Origin: Dicyema japonicum
Taxonomy: Eukaryota; Animalia; Dicyemida
NCBI GenBank assembly: GCA_011109175.1
Contig: RDEW01000063.1
Location: forward strand, 34,920 to 98,919
Length of the DNA stretch: 64,000 bases
Direction of reading: 5' to 3'
The stretch's first letter is position 1. Each line of letters starts with the position of its first letter. This document shows, piece by piece, positions 47,100 through 59,759 of this stretch. A model generated the notes under the pieces. It saw nothing but the letters and a program-made list of their open reading frames with translations. It did no database searches and was not told the DNA's origin. The position numbers and the translations under genes were made by a program.

Positions 47100-48000
47100 A
47101 CATGTAAATTCCCATTATCAACTTCTGCCCAAAGGAGTTTACATTCTCCTGAATATGTTACATCAATACCAGCATTTGTTGATATGTGACAACCTCAACG
47201 CAAAACACCCGACCTGATACAAAAGACAAACTGGTGATACCACAGGAAATCTCCTTCTATCTCTACTGGATAATTTCATAATTTTTAACGACTATCGGAT
47301 GAACACAAGTACACCTATGACAACAAGAATTCACCGGATTTTAATATTGCTTTTCTTGCCAACTGGTCTGTGATTTATTACTTCTGGAGAGACCACAATT
47401 CTATTTTCATTCGGATGAAGGGCTTTGAAAGAAGACGAAACATTGGATTACAGAAACGTTAATTGGAAAAATTTTGCTAAATGTGTAGACACTGACTTAT
47501 CAAATTTCGATGCAGTACGTTGCAACTCAGTAGATAATGCGCTTTCCTATGTTAACAAAAAATCCCTTTTTTATCGACCAATATCCCTATTATGCGATTT
47601 GTCAAAAATTCTTGAGAAAATGGTCTTGGACCGCATTTCAGGTCTCAAAATTTCTTCTAAACGACGTGCCTCAGGTTTCCCCCTTGTCACCGTCGCTTTT
47701 TAACTTATTCTTGCAGGATATATGTGTTATGACAGCTACGAACACATAGCAAACTACTCTGGACAGACTTCATGAATGGTTGAACACAAATTAAATGTAA
47801 AGTTCATGGAAAAGTCCTCGACTTCTCTTTTCACTTCGAGTAGAAGACCATCAAGTTATTCCGCCGAACTATTTTTGAATGATGAACTAATCCCGAAAAA
47901 GAAACAAAATTCTGGGAGTAACATTTGACACCCTCATGAGTCATGACCTTCAGCACACATGTAGCAAACGTAATCAGTAGGGCAACCAAAAATATGACCT
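47100..48000 (+). mobile_element. Internally deleted I-group element (endonuclease and RT scraps)
   Basis: NLNAKHP, YRPISLLCDLSKILEK, VPQVSPLSP, ILGVTFD. Confidence 0.65.
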
Positions 48001-48189
48001 AAAAATTAAATATGACCTTAAATATGACTATTAATTTAGTGCAGTTAATATTTTAACTTACTTTTAATCAAATTTGTTGAAATAAAGCATCAAATAATCT
48101 TTAAAATTTTCATCATTAAAGTTTCTATTTTTATCTAGCATTTCATTTATTTTTTATAATAAATTAATTTTTTAACAAAAAAACAAATG

Positions 48190-48745
48190 TCAGTTGAGGA
48201 AGCCGGCTGCGTGAATTGCGAACGAGTTCCCTCGGAGTATGGCCATTCCAATCCTTTGTCTCAGCCATAACCCTTCTCGTTGATCCCTTTTTTTCTGGCA
48301 AGCATTCTTCTGAGTTCTCGCAAGAATTCAACCGTAATTGGACCATCGGCTCTCGGTGATTCGGTCGCAACATGAGTAAATCGATAGCGGTCCTCGAGGC
48401 AAGAATATTTCTTGATTTTTAGGTTCTACGCTGTCGAAGCGGCAGCTCCAAGTGTCTGAACCGATTTGAAAATATCAGTGCTTGAGAACGTGTCTACACA
48501 AGTTGTGTCCTAGACCAAAGATCTTCCAGACGTAAAGGGGAAAAGGGTCATCCCGTCAGGTCTCTTTCCATCTCCTCGATCAAGACCCACTTGTTCAAGC
48601 TGTGCTGGGAAGTCTGTAGCCTTCAGAGCTCTGACGATCACATCGTTCAGAGCAGCATGACGTGGTCCTCTTCCGGCGCTTCTTCTACAGGGCAGCGGGT
48701 GCAATCCCTTCGCATCGACTGTTTTCCCGCATCGGCATTTCATTT
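48190..48745 (-). mobile_element. CRE-clade 3' fragment, near-identical to 21898-22348
   Basis: CRCG...RHAALND...[12 protein letters not shown]; shares 3' UTR with the 21898 copy. Confidence 0.9.
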
Positions 48746-48889
48746 AACATGGAAAATTTTTCTGCCAAAATAGTTGTTCCAAGACATTTACAAAAAATTC
48801 TGGACAAAACTCTTTTAAATTCGCATTTTTGATATTTTTAATGGAATTTTGCTTGTTCTTTTTCAAAACTTATTAGCTTATCAGCTAAC

Positions 48890-49610
48890 CTACTATCCTC
48901 GTTCTCTCAGCGGGGCTTGGACGATGCTATATGCTGGAATTTTTTCAAACATTTGTAAGTGTCATCTAGCCAACATCGCCGTGCCTGGCTCAACGCCATT
49001 CCCAATGGAGTTCTGGGTACCTTCCTGGATGATGAATGCGTCCGTATTTGGATCTTATTGCGACTGGGATTAAAAGTCTGTGATTAAAGTTCCACGTCCG
49101 TGCCGGTGCGGAGACAAGATCGACTGTTTTGGCCTACACTTTCTCTCCTGCAGGAAGAGTGGAGGCAGATTTCCCAGACACATGGCCTTGAACGAAGTCG
49201 TTAGGCGAGCTTTGGACGCCGCCGAACACCTCTCTATGCTCGAACCTGTCGGCCTTAGCAGGCGAGACGGGAAACGACCAGATGGGATGAACAATCTTCC
49301 CTTTTGAGGCCAAGAAACCTTTTGTCTGGGACGTTACCTGCACCGACACATTTGCCTCTTGCAACCTACTACAGAGTGCCTCTAGCCTGTTTCGCGCTAG
49401 AAGGCCAGAAGATGATAACGGGAAAAGCACGCGCTCCTGTCCAAGATTTTTTTGTTTGTCCACTCGCCGTTGAGACGTCTTTCCTTGCGCCTGTGACGCT
49501 GGAATTTTTGAGTCGCTAGGGAATCGGATCGCTACACAAAAAGGAGACCTCGTGAGCGCTGCTTTTGAGCGAATCTCAATCGCAATCCTGAGAGGAATAG
49601 TCACGAAGTC
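48890..49610 (+). mobile_element. CRE-clade zinc-finger/endonuclease 3' fragment
   Basis: WLNAIP, CRCGD...HFLSC...RHMALNEVV, DGKRPDG, WDVTCTDT, ERISIAILRG. Confidence 0.88.
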
Positions 49611-49971
49611 AGGCAGCTTCTATATAACCGTTACTCTATTTTCTTCTTACATAAATTCTTTTTTTCAAAATATATTTCGATATCACACGGATCCTGTTAA
49701 AATTTGGTAAAAAATATCTTGAGAATCTAGTAAAAAATATAATGGTAAAAATATCTTGAGAATCTTTAATTTTTGTTTTGAAATAAGTGAAGGTAGCAAA
49801 ATTCGACAGTAACATTCAATGGTAATTTCATATCCAAATTTTTAAAAAAATCACTATAAGTTTTTGCATTCACTTTGACCCATTCATTCCAAACACTGAA
49901 TGTGAAAATAATTTTTTGAATTTTAGAAGAAACTCCACGCGAAAAATAATATGTCACAGTCTGATAAATCG

Positions 49972-50135
49972 TCATTGTTAGTCAGTTAAGTAACCCTAGC
50001 CTCACTAACTTGTAGGAGACCAGCAGCTATTAAGTAGGATGCACAGATGTTGGTCGTTCATAGATCGGTCAGTCCGGCAGTGTAGAGGAACGTTGTGCCA
50101 ATTCATGACATTTAAATAGGTGATTTATGTCAACA
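49972..50135 (-). mobile_element. I/Loa-like element extreme 3' end
   Basis: DINHLFKC...LTDL...SYLIAAGL then GGCTAGGGTTACTTAACTGACTAAC; second copy at 31791-31868. Confidence 0.65.
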
Positions 50136-50189
50136 CGTGGAAGTTGCAAAAGGGACAGAGTATATCGTTGGTAGATATGGGTGGTGCTA

Positions 50190-50958
50190 CATCGACGAGC
50201 CAGGTCTACTCAGGTCAATGGCCATACTATCAAGACTGTACAACAATTCTATCAACTACCATACGCTACCTAATATATGGAAGAACTCCCTGATTACGCC
50301 AATTCTAAAGCCTGCGGAAAACCAAAAGACATTCCCCTTCTTACCGTTTCAATAACTTGTATTTATCAAAAGTGCTGGGAAAGCTTGTATGCGGAAGGGT
50401 CCGGATTGACAAAACCACCTCAAAATTAAGACTACTCTTCAATGGGTCCCGCAAAACTCTCCTTTGTCTCCTCTTTTATTTAACTTATTTCTACACGATT
50501 TACTTACTACCAATGATCAGGACACCATGTTATGCAGACGACTTGATTATCGCTGCAAGGGACAAATCTCCCTCCACCAGCAAGGTATATCTTCAAGTTA
50601 TTGCGCCGACTATTCCTATTCTGCCTGGAGATTCGCCATTCCTTCTACAAGGGTGGAGCGTGTGAATTCTCTCAGACGGAAGATCATGAGGCACATACAA
50701 TCAGACTCCACATCCGTCCCCACTCTGCTTTCAGAAGAAGCGACGGTGAGAAATGGCCAAGGTTTCCTACGTTTTTGCAAGGAACTTGGAAACCCATTCA
50801 TGGAAAAGGTGACCCATGCAGAGGAATTTCGGTCGGTTATAAAAAAGTGCATGCCGATTGAATTCCTATGCAGAAGGAAGAGAAGGCGCTTCAGGAATGC
50901 GGTTAAGTCATCAGAAGACCAGACGAAAAGATGCTGGGATCACCTAATTAGTTAGTTT
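50190..50958 (+). mobile_element. Internally deleted I-group RT and 3' end
   Basis: LPNIWKNSLITPILKP, LSPLLFNL, YADD; terminal GGGATCACCTAATTAGTTAGTT. Confidence 0.8.
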
Positions 50959-51069
50959 TGACCTATCTTTCTTAGTGGTCTTGGAGTTAAATAAAAAATA
51001 AATTATTATTAAGGCACTTCCACGAAAGCCATAATGTTTACGGCAACACTCATAAAAACAATATTTATA

Positions 51070-51880
51070 GTTATCTCCTCCATCTTCCTCCGTCGAAAGC
51101 TAGTGATCTCAATTCGTTCAGGTCGTCCGTTTAGATTTTTTTCTCACACGATTTAGATCTTTGTTTAAGGCAGTCGGAAGTGTCGATCTAGGTCGTCAGC
51201 GGAAGGGTTTGTCGCAACTGTCAAAGTAATCTTCCATCGATTTGTAGCGGGTACGTCCGGGTTCATTCTTAATACATGCCCAAATAGCCTCCACCGGGCA
51301 TCTATCACATCCTTGCTGATGTACTTACACATACACTTGTTATAAATACCAGTGGCTGAAATTCTACGTGACAACTCCATTCCGAGTAATCTTCTTAGTT
51401 GCCTTCGATGGAACGAATCCAGTATCGATAGTCTCTGTCGCCGACTGTTTTAAGATATCCAAGATCTTCCCAAGGTCAGTCGAGGAATGTTACTGGTTTC
51501 AACACCCCGCAGCCGTTTAGAGACATTTTGTCGGTATCTCTTTTGCCAAGTGTCAAAATTCAACAATTCCACAGAGAGGTACTTTTCCTCTACTGCTTCA
51601 ATTACGAAGTATCGTTTAAGATTTAATCTGGCCACTGTTAATTTATGGTCACTGTCAGTTATAGTTCTTCCATAACTTTTAGAGGCAAACAACAGTCTCT
51701 TTAAAGAGATTGGGTAGATAATATAATCTATTTGGTTATAAATATACGTGTTGTCGCCGTCTTTAGACCCTCTTGTGCCAACCCAGATGGTTTTGTGGTT
51801 TGCAAGGTGTTCAATCGTGGTATTGCATAGATACAGATTTGATGAAGTACAAAAATCAACGAGTGTCCAGAGAGATTTCA
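51070..51880 (-). mobile_element. RTE fragments (endonuclease C-terminus fused to 3' end)
   Basis: YNQIDYII, DSDHKL; ARWRLFGHVLRMNP. Confidence 0.8.
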
Positions 51881-52029
51881 ATGAGACATAGATACTTTCC
51901 TGTACTTCATCATATAAGGATATCATCTGCTTAATATATTTGTATTGTAGTCTTGTCTTAATTATTGACACAATTAATTATATTTCATAATAAGCTTATC
52001 TGAAAACTTGGAGTAGGAATGGCGGTGGG

Positions 52030-52500
52030 TACAAATCGGCCATTCATGTCCTTTTTGAATTATTGTAAAGAGGATAACCTCAGAATTATCGTGAAACTGA
52101 ACGATTCCTTAAATTTTGTGAGAGGGACCATCTTCTTGAAACCGTTTTGAGGAGAGGCCCAAGAATTATGCACATTACGTACCTCACATACTCCAACCCT
52201 ATCTTGTTATTGGTGATGAACTCTATAAATCATCGACCGGGATCCAACAAGGTAATCTTCTTTGTATACTTGTTTTTTTGCTTCGTTTGCGGACGAGGCT
52301 GTCCGTGTGTATGACGGTTTTCAGTTGTTGGTATTTGAACGATTGATCGGTGGCTCAACCGAGTGGGTTATGAAAAATCTAGAAATACCTCTTCCCACTT
52401 TTAGCAGTTATGGATTCGAGATTAATGCGCAGAAATCTGAAATTTGTAATCTGTGACTTTAGCAAGATGAACGTCTGAGGGAATTGAAGGCATTGGAGAT
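52030..52500 (+). mobile_element. Decayed CRE-clade RT fragment
   Basis: RDHLLETV, YSNP, SSTGIQQGN, GFEINAQKSEI. Confidence 0.55.
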
Positions 52501-53217
52501 ATCTAGCTTCACAAGTAGTTTGCGCTCTCAGAGATTACAGGAGGAGACAAAGAAGCGTGTTGAATGATGGTGTCTCACATCAACAAGAGACAACAACATC
52601 CAGATCGGTTGGAAACATCTAACTCAGACAGTTAAGGCTAGAGAGGAAATAGTTTCATTTGACTCAACTACCCTGAGGGCGGTGCAGAAATCTCTTGCGA
52701 TGAGTTTTCGTTCTATTCTTTTTTGGAGATTATTGTTTCTGGGAGACTCCATACCATTCTCCCTTCCTTGGGGATACCACGATCCACAAATAAGATGTCC
52801 AAATCGACATTATTCCTGATCTGGAAACTAACAGAGGAGGAAGGATAACAAAAGGAGCAAAATGAGAGTCTGGTCTAGTCTTCAGGATGTCCAGAAGGAA
52901 AGAATCGATAAGGCATGTAGTTTCTGCTGCAATGAACTTAGGGATGCGAACGTGGATTTTTATCCTTGATCTCAGAGTAGAAAACTGGGAGAGCATGAAC
53001 TACCACTGGACGCGGATAGATCGATCTTTATTATAATTAGTTTTTCACAGAGTATCATCAGTACACTAGGTAGCGTCAGTGGGGACTAAAACCGAAAGTT
53101 TAAGCAGTATTAAATATAGAAAGCATACCCCCTATATGAGTTTCCTACCAATTTGAATATTTAGGGTGAGACAACTATTTTAGTAAGACAAATAATCCCA
53201 AATCCCAAAATTAACTG

Positions 53218-53958
53218 TCAATCATTTAATAGTTCATATGATCCACTGCACTTCCTGATTTGATAAAAGGAGGCTATGCTGGCACTAATCTGCAAAATTA
53301 TTACAAAATTACTGTTATGAATAAAATTACACAAAGTAAGATGATCAGAACATAACATTTCTTTTTTAATGAATCGATCCTAGATTTACAGCCAGTATTG
53401 TAAAGATCACAATTTTTTACACCTGGGGAACAACAACTTAGTGGAATACGCTCATTTAACATATCAGTAGGTCCATAAACACCACAACACTTGAACGTTT
53501 GTTGTATAAAGTTATTTTCGTAATAATCAAAATCTTGAGTTATTTTTAAATCATTGAATTTGTTTATGAATCGATTAGGATATTCATTATGAAATATTCC
53601 GTATAATGCTATCACTGTAAGCACAATTATTAAAACAATATTCGCACATATAAAGTACTAAAATATATAATAATATTTACCCCTTTTAGAGCCAGTAATT
53701 TGCCTTTGAATGAGAAAATGCCAAATAAAGTCGACGTCATAAATATCACAATGAAGCTTGTAAATACTGCCAGTGGAATTGGTGTTATTTTATATGTTAA
53801 TGGGTGAATTGATTGATTCTTTGGATAATAGGACTTGTAGCTTATTACCAGACAATAAATGGAAAATACAGTTAAACCCTAAATATTGGTAACAAATGTT
53901 TTACCAGAAACATAACCGACGATAATAATATGAGTAAACGAGAACATTTTGACCCCAT
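53218..53958 (-). CDS. Tetraspanin, 3 tiny introns
   Basis: Four hydrophobic segments; large extracellular loop IQQTFKCCGV...PLSCC...GC. Confidence 0.88.
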
Positions 53959-54259
53959 TATATTTGCATTTCATTAAATTATCTTTGTTGTCTTTGGTTA
54001 GCCAATTGAAAAATTATTGAAATTTATTTAAAATAATTTAATCTTACAATATAAAAAACGTGTTTATGTGACGTAATGATCACTCTAATTTTTTATTAAA
54101 TTTTAAATTAAGGTGTCATGTGGCTAGTTAGTCAAAAATTATGTTCCTTCCCTCCGATGGCGTCATTGGATCAACCTTACTGACTTCCTCCACATACGAG
54201 CATTTTTCTGGTGGCGGCTTGTTATCTCTTGAGATATCGAACAAAATCCTGGACCCAGA

Positions 54260-55610
54260 AAGCTTAACTTACTGAACCTAAACTTTAATGGAGTTAGAGG
54301 CAAAGCACCCGAGTTAACTAGTTCTGAGAAAGAAACAAAATCGATATCTGCCTCGAGAAATCAAGCTTCTAGGAAGTTGCACTACTCATAAATTTTATGG
54401 ATTTAACGTATTGAGCGGATCCGGCCATGGGTGGGCTCTAATGAGCTCTGTCAGGAGAGGAATTCTTTCCGATAAAAACTCATCCGTATTTTAGGAAACT
54501 GGCTGAAGACTCTAACGCAGAAGTTATTGGGCTATCGCTACAGACCTCTCTTGGAGTAATTATTATCGGTAACGTCCCCTTTAAGGTTCCTGTGCCAAAG
54601 GACATTCCGTGGATTTGTTTGACCTTGATAATGTGGAAAACTTGTTGATATTCCGGGACTTTAACGCTAAGCACACTTAGTGGTATGGTAAACAACCTCC
54701 AGACATGTAAATCTAATTATTTCCCAACTGGACAATCTCTCCATTGTGAACGATCCATCCGTACTATGAAAAAAAATCTGTTGCATCGTCGGATATTACA
54801 ATTTGTTCAGTACGCCTTTCACCTCTTATTTGCTGGTTATGACTTACGGAGCTACCATAACCCCATTTTAATCAAAATCAACTGTTTTCCATTGACTCTG
54901 CCAAAGCATAAGTTGTATTATGACAATAATACAGCTGACATGACAGAATTTAGAAAAATACGTTGATTCGTCTATATTCAACTTCCACCATTATAATTTC
55001 AACTCCACCGATGAGCAATATATCTTTAATAAAGTAATTCTCGAGGGGACAAATTTATTTGTCAGAAAAGGAATCCTAAAACTCTCAATGTGAAATATGA
55101 GGCTAATCAAACTTAAAAAAGGAATTGCCTTAAACGTAAAACGCTATTAACAAAATCTTAGCTCTGAACAAGGAGATCTCTGAAATTGCAAAACGTTTAC
55201 AAAGAATGATAATGGGACGCATATCCAGGAACAAAAATGGTTTACTCGCCCAAATGTGGAAGATGTTGCGGAACATTAAAAACGCTGACAGTACGAATGA
55301 GGGAGACCTTGATTACCAGATGGATCTGAAAAATTCATGAAGCATTGTGTGAGATATGTCACAAACCCTACAAAAGTGTCGACATTCGACCAAACACTAA
55401 ATAGAAACAAATAAGAATGCTCCATCATACTTTATACCGGGAGATGTCGCATCGGAGATTTCTCGGTCTAAGAATACAATTCCTGTGGGTCAGACGGGAT
55501 CCCAAGGATTCTGTTGAAAAAATTGGTGACTGTTTCTGCACTAGCGAGCATTTTCAACCATTCGATTGATTTCAACTCAATCCTCGTTATATGGAAACTC
55601 AATCCTTGTA
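54260..55610 (+). mobile_element. Decayed I-group element (endonuclease to RT start)
   Basis: LNFNGVRGK, DFNAKH, PVGQTG/GSDGI-like remnant, ASIFNHSI...IWK. Confidence 0.6.
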
Positions 55611-56731
55611 GATTTTGATCACATTTGGAAACCTATTATTATTAGGCTACACCTCAATGGGTGAGACACATGACATCACGCTAACACTCTTTTTATTTAT
55701 TTTTTATTTAAAAATTAAGAGTCATCATTTAATCAAGGAAGAGAGAAGGTAACCGTTTCTGTCACTTTCTCCAACCACTTTATCTTCATTTGGTATTCAT
55801 CATGTGACACCACGCACTTCCTCGAGACTCGATTTGGTTGCAGGTGATTACGTGAAATGAACCCGAGGTCTAGAAGGGGTCTACCACAGAGGACAAAAAA
55901 GAAAGAACTCTTGCATTATCCAAAAAGTTCATTTATAAAGTTCTGTTTTTGGCAAGATTACAATACGTTATCCGAACATCATGAAGGATTAAAAAGTGAT
56001 ACACAATATTTTAATCATGTTTCTGCAGGGAATTCGTTTTTAATTCAAAAACAAGGCAGAGTTGCTTAATCTTTTATTTAAAGTAAAAAAGTGTAGTTGT
56101 AGCACGTCATAGAGTGGGAACTTCGAGAAGGGCTTGAAAGTTCTTGACAAGGCCCTTCCACTGTCTGCTGAGAAAGTTCCCAACCCATCTTTATAGTTTG
56201 CTTTGAATATCCTAGCAAAAGATTTCATTAGTAATTTCCATGTCTAAATGGCAAAACAACAAAAAGCTACTCGACTAAAAATCAAAAATACTAACGACCA
56301 GGAAATAAAAAGAAATTATAAAAATTTGAAGGAAATCAAAAAGAAAATTTCAAATACGTAAAAGCTCTGCTACACTCTAATATATTAAGTCACATATGCA
56401 CATGACTATTGGATTACTCCACATCGACAACAGAAAACTGTAAGTCTAATTGAAATTGTCCATATAATTCCAATCACTTTGAAAGGCAGTTCAACGGTGG
56501 TTTTATCCGTTTGAGGGATATCCGTCAGAGAGTCAGCGACTTCGAGCCAGGAAGATCAACTGCAGATATAATATATAGGTGCCACATCTCAGAAATTCAA
56601 AATTTTCAGATAGAAAGTATTTGATTTTAGAGGGAACTATTCTCTCCGTGGATATCTACTTTTTTGTTTATAAATTATGTTAAAAAGTTTAATTAAAATT
56701 TAAATATTTAAAGAAATAAGATTGGTTAGTA

Positions 56732-57845
56732 ATGATAATAGTAGAAGGTAATATATTAGAGGGGGTTCATTAGTATATTAATTCATTAGGGTGGTCAAGT
56801 ACTAAGGAATTCGCTTGTTTTTTCTGCAGTACTTAGAAAACCTTTTGAAATATTTAACATTCGTGGTGGCAGAGATAAACCAGGTCTAAGACCTCAACAT
56901 TTGAGTTGTGTTAAATTTGTCCAATCTATTTCTTCAGCTTATACTACTGATTATAAGGTGGGGACTACCAATATCAAATTTGTTCCCAAATATATTTGTG
57001 GTGGTGAATATGACTGCGATATCCAAACTGCCGGGTTCTCTTTTTTTAATATTGAAGGAGTATCAGTCTGTTAGTTCAATGTGTTGTCCCTTGTTTGCTT
57101 TTTGGAGATAAAAAATCATCAGTTATAATAATGGGAGGAACCGATGTCCCATTATCTCCCCCAATTGATTATATGGAGTTTATATTTTGCAAAATTTTAA
57201 AGTTGTTTTCAGTGGACTGTCAAATAATGACCTTAAAAAGGTGAATAATGGTTATGATTATAAGAGGAGTACTTCCCAAAGGTGGAGGTAAGGTCATGAT
57301 CAATGTATCTCCACAAAAACGAATTAGTCCTATCGAATTGGTGAGTTTCGGTGTTGTTTCCCATGTTTATTTAATAACATGTTCCGATGGCACTGATAAT
57401 CGTGTAATGAAAGCTGCAGTCTATACAAAGAGATTAATCCAAAGAGTTTCCCCAGAGGCTGTCTATGAGATTAGCCAAAATTGTTCCCATTGTCCAGGAA
57501 ATGGTTCACTTATGTAACACTATATGTTTATTATAGTGTGGTAGTTGAGACCACCACTGGTTGTGTTTTAGGGGATAATGCTCTCATTAATAATGACCCT
57601 ATTCATGCTGGGAGACTTTGGCTGAGAGAATTATTCATTATATAAAGAATGGAATTTGTGTTGATGATTATTTGCAGGACCAACTAATAATTTGGATGGC
57701 TCTGGCTAATGGACAGTCAAGGATATTATGTGGAGATATTACACTACATACAAAGACTGCTATTGCTGTGGCTGAACAGTTCTTGCCTATTAAATTTGAT
57801 ATAATAAAACATAACAATAATAATATTATAATTTGTAATTGCTAA
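56732..57845 (+). CDS. RTCA: RNA 3'-terminal phosphate cyclase, 4 tiny introns, one homopolymer frameshift (~57610)
   Basis: LEGGGQVLRNS, NIRGGRDKPGLRPQHL, TAGSISL, GGTDV, PKGGG, VDDYLQDQLIIWMALA, catalytic TLHT. Confidence 0.93.
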
Positions 57846-57911
57846 TTATTTTATTTTTTAATATGACGTTTCTATGTTAACAATCCTTAATCTTTTAAAT
57901 ATTCATTTTGT

Positions 57912-58112
57912 GACTGCCGGTGGCATAGTGCTTAGGTGTCGGGCTAAAGTGACTTAAGCTACGGGTTCGATTCTCGCTGCTGTTCACCTGGTGGAAAGTT
58001 CCACGCATCTACGATGCTAAAAAGCCTTGACGAGTGACTCCGTCATCAGTGGACTCTAACTGCGGAACTAGATAGTCAAAAAAGTCCCACATACAAGAAA
58101 AAGAAAAAAGAA
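57912..58112 (+). ncRNA. tRNA-derived SINE-like element or Pol III RNA with structured 3' part and A-rich tail
   Basis: A box TGGCATAGTGCTTAG, B box GGTTCGATTCTC, D-arm GCAT/GTGT, three downstream hairpins, AAGAAAAAGAAAAAAGAAA tail; anticodon arm does not fold. Confidence 0.75.
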
Positions 58113-58179
58113 ATGAAGATCATTCCTTGGTTCTATGATTTGTTAAAATTAACTGTTCTTTACTTAAATAAAGTGTGTG

Positions 58180-59150
58180 TCCTGCCTATGCGGAGCTAAT
58201 ACCACGGCTCCGTGAAAAAGGCTATAGACGTCCACAAAGCTTTTGAATCTGTGTCAAGAAGGATTCTTACTTGGAAAATTTACCAAACAAAGATCCCTGG
58301 AAAACTCAAACTCTGACTAGCTAACTTTCTTAGTGGTCGGAGGGGACGCGTCTGCATTGGCCAGTCAAGGTCTATTTCACGGCTTCTCCATAATGGGGTT
58401 CCCCAAGGATCCTCTTTGTCTCCAGTTTTATTAAACCTATTCATGTCGGACTTCCCACACCATGTCCGAAAATGATATGATTTAAACTTATGCCGACGAC
58501 ATTCATTGCGTAACACGATTAGGACATCCAGATTGCTACTTCGAGATTGCAAGAAAACCTGGACTGTCTTGATGAATGGCTATAAAGAATCGCCTAACTG
58601 CCAGCAGTGAAAAGTCCGTCACAACCCTGTTACTTCAGACAAGAGACTGGGAAGACGGATGGTCGAATTGAAGGCAAACAATGAAGCTATTCCTTTCAGA
58701 AAATCCCAAAGGATCCTTGGGGTGACTTTTGACATGCATATGTCATTCTCTCCCCATGTTGAAAACGTAATTACGAAATGCGAAAAGAAAACTAATGTTC
58801 TGAAATGCCTCACAGGCTTCTGGAAGATCGAAAAACATTCTGTTTGAGGACTGTATATAAACTCTTATGCATGTGGTATATGGGGCCCACTCATCTCTTG
58901 GACGAATGTCTTGAAGATCCAGGCTAGCCGGAAAAGAGCCTCCAAAATCACGGAACGCTGGATATCTGGTGATTTCTAGCCACCAATGCCTCTTGAAACC
59001 TTGATAAGAATGAACCATGGAACGTGCCGTTGTGACTGCGAGGGTCCGGTCACTCGACAGATAAGTGTTTGTGTGGGGTCGAGGGAGGAACATCGGGCCA
59101 AAATGAGGTCCCTGATAAAGCGTGATGGTATCACGTGATTAGTTAGTTTA
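58180..59150 (+). mobile_element. I-group RT to 3' end, decayed
   Basis: IDVHKAFESV, NGVPQGSSLSP, TYADD, ILGVTFDMH; terminal TATCACGTGATTAGTTAGTT. Confidence 0.85.
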
Positions 59151-59515
59151 TGTAACCGTGGTCTCTGATGTTATTATTATTATTAGCGCGGGTCATGTGA
59201 TTTGTGTTTTTGGTGAAATTAGTCATACACTAAAAAGAATCATTTGCTCACCCCATTCCATGAAGAATGTATTTCTTGGACGGCTCTCTCTTTCTCAAAC
59301 ATTCTAGAATTTGTCAATTGGTTTCCCTAACTTAGTTGCTATTCATTCAAGATTGATTCCTGGAATACATTGCATTTGCCATGCGATGACAGGTTAGTTA
59401 AATAATCTAGCTCTTTCTAATTTGTGGAATACCAGTCTCTTCCATAGATTGCACAGTCTTTGCATTGTAGACGAATATTGCATTAACTCAAGACACTCAA
59501 AAAGATATTGATAAT

Positions 59516-59759
59516 TAAAATCAACGATGAAATTGATAATTAAATGCAGAAATTTAAGGTATGTGAGAATTATAAGAATTAAAACTTCACTCTATTGACG
59601 TTGACTTTTTTAAAAATAAATTACAACTAAACAATAAAATCAACGATGAAATTGATAATTAAATGCAGAAATTTAAGGTATGTGAGAATTATAAGAATTA
59701 AAACTTCACTCTATTGACGTTGACTTTTTTAAAAATAAATTACAACTAAACAATAAAAT
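59516..59759. repeat. Exact tandem duplication, period ~119 bp
   Basis: TAAAATCAACGATGAAATTG...CTAAACAATAAAAT present twice in direct succession. Confidence 0.9.

Noticed and set aside
43437-57612. Programmed frameshifting in KIF3A (43437-41), PAT (45254-56, 45706-10, 45772-76) and RTCA (57610-12)
   Set aside because: Each is exactly one base missing from a homopolymer run of differing nucleotides, typical of long-read consensus error
57935-57960. Suppressor tRNA (CTA in the anticodon region) explaining the SRCAP stops
   Set aside because: Anticodon stem does not pair, there is no U33, the acceptor stem is mismatched, and the element continues into a SINE-like body
58025-58052. Hammerhead ribozyme (CTGATGA on the minus strand; also near 7320 and 35305)
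   Set aside because: In the SINE copies stem II is not followed by GAAA; the 35305 hit has no convincing stems and lies in TE coding sequence
59516-59759. Functional repeat array or CRISPR
   Set aside because: Only two identical units with no spacers in a eukaryotic context; may be an assembly duplication
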